Source: a virus (Duplodnaviria > Heunggongvirae > Uroviricota > Caudoviricetes). From it: DNA of 10,266 nucleotides. The stretch is from IMG/VR virus record IMGVR_UViG_3300028991_000027, positions 1-10,266 of that record; one strand, written 5' to 3'. Position numbers and translations under genes: made by a program. The notes below the pieces were generated by a model that worked only from the letters and a program-made list of their open reading frames with translations, was not told the origin of the DNA and did not search any database. Below, one piece after another: positions 5,457 through 10,266 of this stretch. Every line of letters starts with the position of its first letter. The stretch's first letter is position 1.

Positions 5457-5752
5457 TCACTGGTTGTCTCCTGGAAAATAACTGCATGCCCCAATTTCTC
5501 CGCCAGTGCCAGCTCTGCCTTAGCGCCCGCTGACCGCTGCCAGCCTTTCAGCATGTAAATCGCATCCACACAACGAATCATTGCCATGCAAATATCCATG
5601 TAATGTGGCTGAGTCAGCCCGTCCGGAAGTACTGCCGGGTTTAAAACGGTATGCCCTTCCCGTTTCAGCGCTTCTTCCGCCTTGTGAAACGCATCACGGT
5701 TGAAATTTTCATATCCCGTCATCGGACCAGCGATATAAATTCTCACCCTCAC
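5453..5752 (-). CDS. DUF4406-family protein (nucleoside 2-deoxyribosyltransferase-like fold, 99 aa)
   Basis: GTG start preceded by AGGAGG at 8 nt. N-terminal RIYIAGPMTGYENFN...VLNP matches the remembered DUF4406 signature. Confidence 0.7.
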   Translation of the reverse strand: MRVRIYIAGPMTGYENFNRDAFHKAEEALKREGHTVLNPAVLPDGLTQPHYMDICMAMIRCVDAIYMLKGWQRSAGAKAELALAEKLGHAVIFQETTSD

Positions 5753-6003
5753 TCCATCACCTCCTGAAAATTACCCTGACAGAACGCCAGTACACGCTGC
5801 ATGACTTCGCTATTTCGGCACTCACAGCAAATTATGTTCTTATGCCTGTCATAGCGGCGTATTTCTCCGTCTGGTAACTTTCGAATCAATGTCTGGTCAG
5901 TTGTTTTCTCCGGTGTCTTACGCCATACGCGATACACCTGTTCAGATGCAAAAACACCGTATTTACCGGACATGTATAAATCGCCACAAGCCAGTACATC
6001 CAC
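5749..6003 (-). CDS. hypothetical ORF, possibly the C-terminal part of a frameshifted gene whose N-terminus is ORF 5886..6143
   Basis: ORF track. Its stop overlaps the DUF4406 GTG start (GTGA), but neither the GTG at 6003 nor the ATG at 5973 has a recognisable SD, and it overlaps ORF 5886..6158 by about 118 nt in another frame. Confidence 0.3.
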   Translation of the reverse strand: MDVLACGDLYMSGKYGVFASEQVYRVWRKTPEKTTDQTLIRKLPDGEIRRYDRHKNIICCECRNSEVMQRVLAFCQGNFQEVME

Positions 6004-6143
6004 AAGGCAACGTCTGACTGAATGCCAGCCTGTCCCGTCGCTCTCTCCAGTTGTGATATCGTCATGCGTTCATTTTTGCGTACCAACCCGATAATTCGGG
6101 CCTTCAGTTCTTCACGCTGTTCGTGTGTAAAAGGTTTCGCCAT
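5886..6143 (-). CDS. small hypothetical protein with HTH-like N-terminus (85 aa from ATG 6143)
   Basis: ATG at 6143 is preceded by GGAGG and follows the upstream stop by 15 nt. N-terminus MAKPFTHEQREELKARIIGLVRKNERMTISQLERATGQ looks like real protein; the C-terminal 40 aa are W/Y/C/H-rich and resemble out-of-frame translation. Confidence 0.4.
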   Translation of the reverse strand: MAKPFTHEQREELKARIIGLVRKNERMTISQLERATGQAGIQSDVALWMYWLVAIYTCPVNTVFLHLNRCIAYGVRHRRKQLTRH

Positions 6144-6158
6144 AAGCGCCTCCGGCAA

Positions 6159-6884
6159 TCACTTTTCCGACACAATACGACCGGATGAATCGACAATCTG
6201 CCGAACAATATCCCGGTGCTTGTTCAACTCCCGCAACGCGGCACAGACTCGTTCCCACTTCTGGACATCACTTTTCGCCCGGCGCAGCTCGCGGTTAGCC
6301 ACATGCAGCGATGGTAGAATCAGGTCATCTGCTTTCGTTTCGGTGACCGATGGCTGTAACTTCACAATGTCTTCCACGATTTCTGTTTTCATTTCTTCCT
6401 GTGTCGTCGTTTCCTGGACTGGTAACGCAACACCTGCTGGCTGAGGAAAGGCTTTACCATCGGTTTCCGCTACGGATGCCGCTTCCGGCTCTGCCGGTAA
6501 ATCAGCGCCCGGTATGCAGTAACGAAATTTACCGCCCTGATTCACGCGAATCAGACGCCCTTTGCTGATTGCCATTGCCAGCGATGAATTCGCCCGGCGG
6601 GAGGTAATTCCGAACATCAGTGCCAGTTCATCCGCCGTTTGTGGGCCATGTTGTTCAATCGCCTCTGTCAGCATTTGCGCTGTCACTTTCGGTACCGGTG
6701 ACACCGGTTCACTTTCACCAGCCTGAGTCAGCCACCACATCGACCCCTTGTTATCCGCTTCACCGCGGCGCTTCAGTTTCCACAGTTCGTTGACCGCCTC
6801 TTCACGGCTGATTCCAAGGCGCGATGCCACTACCTGTGAAGAGGCTTTTTTCAGTGCTTTCAGTGCGTCAAATACGGTTTCCAT
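6159..6884 (-). CDS. phage protein with two N-terminal winged-helix-like domains, acidic linker and C-terminal coiled coil (241 aa from ATG 6884)
   Basis: ORF 6159..6902; the ATG at 6884 with GGAGG upstream is preferred over the TTG at 6902. Two HTH-like segments ([27 protein letters not shown] and [28 protein letters not shown]). Sits directly after the DnaC-like gene. Function unknown. Confidence 0.6.
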   Translation of the reverse strand: METVFDALKALKKASSQVVASRLGISREEAVNELWKLKRRGEADNKGSMWWLTQAGESEPVSPVPKVTAQMLTEAIEQHGPQTADELALMFGITSRRANSSLAMAISKGRLIRVNQGGKFRYCIPGADLPAEPEAASVAETDGKAFPQPAGVALPVQETTTQEEMKTEIVEDIVKLQPSVTETKADDLILPSLHVANRELRRAKSDVQKWERVCAALRELNKHRDIVRQIVDSSGRIVSEK

Positions 6885-6905
6885 TAAAACGTCCTCCGAC
6901 AAAAA

Positions 6906-7652
6906 TTACTTCACAACCCTCTGATTGCTGACATTTGGACGCCAGCTATCCCAGTTAAACGTCACCCATCGACCACCGTTCATGGTCATGCGGTCCATAA
7001 TCCTCTCACCGAGAAGCGTACTCATTGCGGCATGATTCAGGTTTGTTAACATCCCGACACTGCACAGTGATGCTGTCCGGCGATCAATTATCTGGTGCAA
7101 TACCACCTGCTCGTTTTTCGTCTCACGCTGAACGCCTATTTCATCCAGGACCAGCAAATCAACCCCGCAAAGCTCCTGTAAAAATTTTTCCCCGGACTGG
7201 CCGTTGTCGTAGCTGTCATGCAACACACTCATGACGTCAGACACGGTGACGATAATCACGCTGCTCCCCTTCGCCATCAGCCGGTTGCCCATCGCCGCTG
7301 CAAGGTGATTTTTCCCGGTGCCGGTTTTACCGCTGAACACAAAATTCGTGCACCCGGTCATCAGTTCGTCAGCGATGGATTTTGCCTGGCTCAGCGCGTG
7401 TTTTTGCCCGTCGTTCTGCACCTGATAATTCGCAAACGAGCATTTGCTGTGCAGAGGCTGGATGCCCGAACGATTCAGGATTTTTTCCACCCGCAACTGG
7501 CGATTCTGGCGGTTAATCTCCTCGCTGCGTTTTCGTCCTTCAGCAAGCTGCCATTCCCGCCACTCCTCCACCGTCCGGTACGGTGGAACCGCCCCCTGTG
7601 GTGCAAGTCTGCGAATACGTTCAAGAACCCCGGCTGCCGCAATGTTTTTCAT
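6906..7652 (-). CDS. DnaC-family helicase loader (phage replication protein P analogue, 248 aa)
   Basis: Walker A FVFSGKTGTGKNHLAAA, Walker B DLLVLDEIGVQ, and a C-terminus (MLTNLNHAAMSTLLGERIMDRM...FNWDSWRP) close to E. coli DnaC as recalled. ATG at 7652. Confidence 0.9.
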   Translation of the reverse strand: MKNIAAAGVLERIRRLAPQGAVPPYRTVEEWREWQLAEGRKRSEEINRQNRQLRVEKILNRSGIQPLHSKCSFANYQVQNDGQKHALSQAKSIADELMTGCTNFVFSGKTGTGKNHLAAAMGNRLMAKGSSVIIVTVSDVMSVLHDSYDNGQSGEKFLQELCGVDLLVLDEIGVQRETKNEQVVLHQIIDRRTASLCSVGMLTNLNHAAMSTLLGERIMDRMTMNGGRWVTFNWDSWRPNVSNQRVVK

Positions 7653-7658
7653 GCCACG

Positions 7659-8627
7659 TCACCCCCTGAATCCAGGCGGTATTTCAGTGTCCGGTTCAGA
7701 AATGTGATTCACGCAACGCTGCGCGGGCGAACGCCCCAGGCGGATAACCAGTTCATCCCATTTTTCCCGGAGTTTTGCCGGACTCATGATGTTTTTTACC
7801 CAGAACGAATCCCGCTGGACACGCCCAAACATTTCACAAATCTGCCGGTGACTACGTCCATCCAGCATACGCATCATGCGCACATCATTCGCCCAGGTCG
7901 TCCAGTTAGGTTCTCGGGGGCGTGACACCTCACCATCATCACTGGCGGCCTGTTCATACAACGCCACAACCCGTCCCCAAATCCACTGCGCACAGGCGAC
8001 ATCCTCACGGGTACCCCACTGTCGCTTCGGTACATTCCAGGTATGCGCATCCGGGTGTTTCTCCAGAAATCGCTCAACTGGTGATGATTGTTTTTCGTCC
8101 GGCAGTGAAACGTCCGGACAAGAAGATCTTTTATCTGACGGATCAGGTTTTAATACTGACGGATCGGGGTCAATCATCGCCCCCCTAATCGGCAGTTTTT
8201 TATCAACCGTTGATCCATCAAAATTTGACGGGTCAACCGTTGAGGGGTCAATATTTGACGGGTCAACTGTTAACGGGTCATTTTTTGCCGGGCTAATTTT
8301 TCTTTTCGGTTTATATGACTCACGCGCCGCCGCCGCAGCTGCTTCGAGTTTTTCCACATTAAGCCGATAGATATTGCTTACATTACGCCCACCGACCTTA
8401 CGCTCTTCCTTCGTCAGCCAGCCCTCTTTCGCCAGTTCTGCAATAGCCGATTTCACGGTGGATTCACTTCTTGCACCGATCTGACGCCGGATAGTTTCAA
8501 TGGCAGGCCATGACACGCCCTCGTCATTGCTGTAGTCTGCTAGACGGGCCATCACTGCCACCCGGGATAAGATCATGCCGGTGAAGGCGCATCCTTCCCA
8601 GACAAGACCATGAAGCTTGCTGCTCAT
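7659..8627 (-). CDS. replication initiator, lambda O-like (N-terminal winged-helix domain, repeat-encoded linker, C-terminal domain; 322 aa from ATG 8627)
   Basis: ORF 7659..8642; the ATG at 8627 preceded by GGGGG is preferred over the GTG at 8642. It lies immediately upstream of the DnaC-like gene, and the iteron repeats fall inside its linker (DPLTVDPSNIDPSTVDPSNFDGSTVD), as in lambda O. Confidence 0.75.
   Translation of the reverse strand: MSSKLHGLVWEGCAFTGMILSRVAVMARLADYSNDEGVSWPAIETIRRQIGARSESTVKSAIAELAKEGWLTKEERKVGGRNVSNIYRLNVEKLEAAAAAARESYKPKRKISPAKNDPLTVDPSNIDPSTVDPSNFDGSTVDKKLPIRGAMIDPDPSVLKPDPSDKRSSCPDVSLPDEKQSSPVERFLEKHPDAHTWNVPKRQWGTREDVACAQWIWGRVVALYEQAASDDGEVSRPREPNWTTWANDVRMMRMLDGRSHRQICEMFGRVQRDSFWVKNIMSPAKLREKWDELVIRLGRSPAQRCVNHISEPDTEIPPGFRG
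8137..8320. repeat. iteron-like direct repeats plus AT-rich tract: putative origin of replication inside the O-like gene
   Basis: A 20-bp repeat TTTGACGGGTCAAC(C/T)GTT(G/A)A at 8224-8243 and 8254-8273. The GGGTCA core recurs at about 15-bp spacing (around 8166, 8230, 8244, 8260, 8275), with GACGGATCA variants at 8137 and 8158. An AT-rich stretch follows at 8281-8320. Confidence 0.6.
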
Positions 8628-8649
8628 AAAACCCCCGAACACCGTGCTT

Positions 8650-9075
8650 TTAGTGCATCACCACAGCATTCCCTGCCGGGCCGCCGCGATTCATCTGGTC
8701 ATACAAAACAACCGCTGACGCAACAAAATCGTCGACATCCTTCACCAGCCGATCCCGCCGTTCGACGATCTCACGGTAATACTCAGAACTGTGGCTGCGC
8801 ATACGGGCCACCAGCAAAGGCGGCATCGCCTTTTCGATCGCTGGTAACAGAGCCTGAATTTTTTCAACAGCATCAGGGGTGTCTTTATCCAACCAACGGA
8901 AAATTTTCTGGGTATTACGGGCCAGGGCTTCCGGATGACTGTCGTCGTACAGTTCCGGGAACGTCATCCCCAGCTCGAAATACGCTTTGGTAATTTTCGC
9001 AGCCGGTACTTTTTCGCCGTCCGGATGCGCCCAGGCATTCATCGCCATGCGGATGTGCTCATGCTTGATTTTCAT
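8650..9075 (-). CDS. YdaT-family protein (141 aa), second gene of the cro-side operon
   Basis: Complete ORF beginning MKIKHEHI...; ATGA overlap with the cro-like stop. Family assignment is from remembered similarity to Rac YdaT. Confidence 0.65.
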   Translation of the reverse strand: MKIKHEHIRMAMNAWAHPDGEKVPAAKITKAYFELGMTFPELYDDSHPEALARNTQKIFRWLDKDTPDAVEKIQALLPAIEKAMPPLLVARMRSHSSEYYREIVERRDRLVKDVDDFVASAVVLYDQMNRGGPAGNAVVMH

Positions 9076-9299
9076 GAATCACTCTTCCTTTCGCTCTGAG
9101 TGGTATCCTTCTTTTTGTAAAGCTCTGGGTTCAAAGATAATTTTCCCTTGGAGTATGCAGCAGCTTCCGCAGCTCTCCCTTTCGGAACTATTTCACCGGG
9201 GCGCTTACGCCACATGTAAATAGCTTCGCGGGTTATCCCATAAAAATCAGCGACCCTCTGAACAGAGCCAAAAAACTGAACAAGTTCATCAACTCGCAT
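9072..9299 (-). CDS. Cro-like HTH regulator, YdaS family (75 aa)
   Basis: ATG at 9299 preceded by AGGAGG. HTH segment VADFYGITREAIYMWRKR. Divergent from the CI-like gene across the operator region. Confidence 0.75.
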   Translation of the reverse strand: MRVDELVQFFGSVQRVADFYGITREAIYMWRKRPGEIVPKGRAAEAAAYSKGKLSLNPELYKKKDTTQSERKSDS

Positions 9300-9312
9300 T
9301 TCATCCTCCTAA

Positions 9313-9379
9313 AATCTAAGTATTTTTAGATTACAGGATAATTTTTTTTAGGTCAATGCAATCTAAAATAATTTATATT
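9313..9379. promoter_or_regulatory. OR-like operator/promoter region between the cro-like and cI-like genes
   Basis: O1 AATCTAAgtatttTTAGATT (9313-9332) and O2 AATCTAAaataatTTATATT (9360-9379). Minus-strand PR candidate: -35 TTGACC (plus 9351-9356), 17-nt spacer, -10 TAATCT (plus 9328-9333) overlapping O1. Plus-strand PRM candidate: -10 TATATT (9374-9379) overlapping O2, with a poor -35. Confidence 0.6.
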
Positions 9380-9395
9380 CAACTCGCGGGAGAAA

Positions 9396-10043
9396 ATGAT
9401 GGAAAGCCTTGGCATCAGGCTTAAGAAACTCAGAAAAGATAAGGGACTCACCCAAGTAGAACTGGGTAAGCTTTCAGGCGTGACCGGGGTTACTATAGGG
9501 TACTGGGAGAAAGATCTAAACGAACCCGGCAGCAAAGCTCTAAGTAAGTTAGCCCAAGCATTAGGAACTACTGAGTCCTATCTCCTGTATGGAGTATCGT
9601 CTCCTGAACTATCTTTTGTGCAGAGCAATCCAGGCACCAAGATCCCCTACTTTTCGTGGGGTGACGCGATTTCTTTCCTAATCTTAGAAGGAGAGAAAAC
9701 AATGGGAAATGTCGATAGGATCACCACATTCTTTGATGTAGTGGAAGGTGATTTTGCCGTTTCAATGCCTGATGACACTATGCATAACCCCTCAGGGTCG
9801 CCAAGTATCCCAGTTGGTGCCACTGTGATCCTAAGACCAGGAGAAAGTTATAAAAATGGCAGTATCGTCGCTGTAATAGTTCCAGATCCTCTTACAAATG
9901 AACCGTCTATGACTATAAAAAAATTAGTTATTGATGGAAAACTTGTGTATTTAAGCCCTCTCAATCCGCGCTATCAATCATCCTTGCTTACGCCAGAGTG
10001 TAAAATTGTTGCCGTAGCAAAAGGTGTACAGTTCAACCTATAA
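9396..10043 (+). CDS. CI-type prophage repressor (N-terminal HTH, C-terminal S24 LexA-like peptidase domain, 215 aa)
   Basis: HTH GLTQVELGKLSGVTGVTIGYWEKD. C-terminal domain contains candidate Ser and Lys motifs (GDFAVSM, IKKLVIDGKLVYLSPLNPRY). Divergent from the cro-like gene and flanked by operator-like sites on both sides. Confidence 0.85.
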   Translation: MMESLGIRLKKLRKDKGLTQVELGKLSGVTGVTIGYWEKDLNEPGSKALSKLAQALGTTESYLLYGVSSPELSFVQSNPGTKIPYFSWGDAISFLILEGEKTMGNVDRITTFFDVVEGDFAVSMPDDTMHNPSGSPSIPVGATVILRPGESYKNGSIVAVIVPDPLTNEPSMTIKKLVIDGKLVYLSPLNPRYQSSLLTPECKIVAVAKGVQFNL

Positions 10044-10064
10044 CCCTGCCATGTTCTTGAACTT

Positions 10065-10092
10065 AAGGTCGGTTATGTCGACCTTTTTTTTA
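10065..10092 (+). terminator. rho-independent terminator after the cI-like gene
   Basis: AAGGTCG-gttatgt-CGACCTT followed by TTTTTTT, 22 nt after the stop codon. Confidence 0.65.
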
Positions 10093-10110
10093 AATTAATT
10101 TAGATTCCTC

Positions 10111-10139
10111 TTGACTATAAAACTAAATACTTTTAGATT
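10111..10139 (+). promoter_or_regulatory. PL-like promoter with OL-like operator, directed rightward out of the window
   Basis: -35 TTGACT (10111-10116), 17-nt spacer, -10 TAGATT (10134-10139). Operator AAACTAAatacttTTAGATT (10120-10139) matches the OR consensus at 6 of 7 and 7 of 7 half-site positions; another TTAGATT sits at 10100-10106. Confidence 0.5.
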
Positions 10140-10235
10140 TGTTGTATACCAACCCACCCCGCTCCACAGAACGTCGGGCAATACCTCGAGTTACCCGGCA
10201 GTGGTCAGGGGTTAAGTAGCCAGCCCGAGGCGTAT

Positions 10236-10266
10236 GAACATGACGGCGGGAACACTTTGTATAACA
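10236..10266 (+). CDS. 5' end of an unidentified plus-strand gene running off the right edge
   Basis: ATG at 10236 preceded by GAGG 4 nt upstream, about 95 nt after the PL-like promoter. Only 10 codons (MNMTAGTLCI) are visible. Confidence 0.2.

Noticed and set aside
6022-6568. Plus-strand ORFs 6022..6444 and 6350..6568
   Set aside because: Antisense to the tandem winged-helix gene. Ser/Cys-rich translations typical of reverse-frame artefacts.
8137-8285. Short direct repeats considered as a possible CRISPR array
   Set aside because: Units are about 15 to 30 bp apart without unique spacers of CRISPR size, they lie inside a coding region, and they are followed by an AT-rich tract. This fits origin iterons, not CRISPR.
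7025-8370. Plus-strand ORFs 7025..7234, 7218..7925 (235 aa), 7444..7707, 7876..8370 and 7922..8188, and minus ORF 7874..8077
   Set aside because: They overlap the DnaC-like and O-like genes, which have strong sequence-level support on the minus strand. Their translations are His/Pro/Arg-rich and lack start signals.
8610-9223. Plus-strand ORFs 8610..8993 and 8987..9223
   Set aside because: Antisense to the YdaT-like and cro-like genes.
9353-9535. Minus-strand ORF 9353..9535
   Set aside because: It overlaps the operator region and the 5' end of the cI-like gene on the opposite strand.

Overview
This window reads as the immunity / replication / nin-like / Q segment of a lambdoid (Rac- or O157-type) prophage, with the early-right operon on the minus strand. 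All calls are from reading the sequence and the ORF track by eye; family names come from remembered motifs, and no database search or folding was run. Order from right to left: a PL/OL-like promoter, a plus-strand CI-type repressor (HTH plus S24 peptidase), an OR region with AATCTAA-N6-TTAGATT operators, a Cro/YdaS-like gene, a YdaT-like gene, an O-like initiator carrying iteron repeats, a DnaC-like loader, a block of uncharacterised accessory genes, three moron-like units (a convergent DUF1640-like gene, an intact hok/mok toxin locus, an OB-fold periplasmic protein), a short nin-like block (DUF968 with HNH motif, RusA), a Q-like gene, and a PR'/tR'-like promoter-terminator pair. Left of that sit a small ORF and a beta-class DNA methyltransferase whose N-terminus is split by an apparent -1 frameshift and which runs off the left edge. 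I found no rRNA, tRNA, CRISPR array, integrase or IS element. I could not identify a clearly novel system; the best candidates are the uncharacterised accessory block at 5001-6884 and the moron island at 3601-4976.
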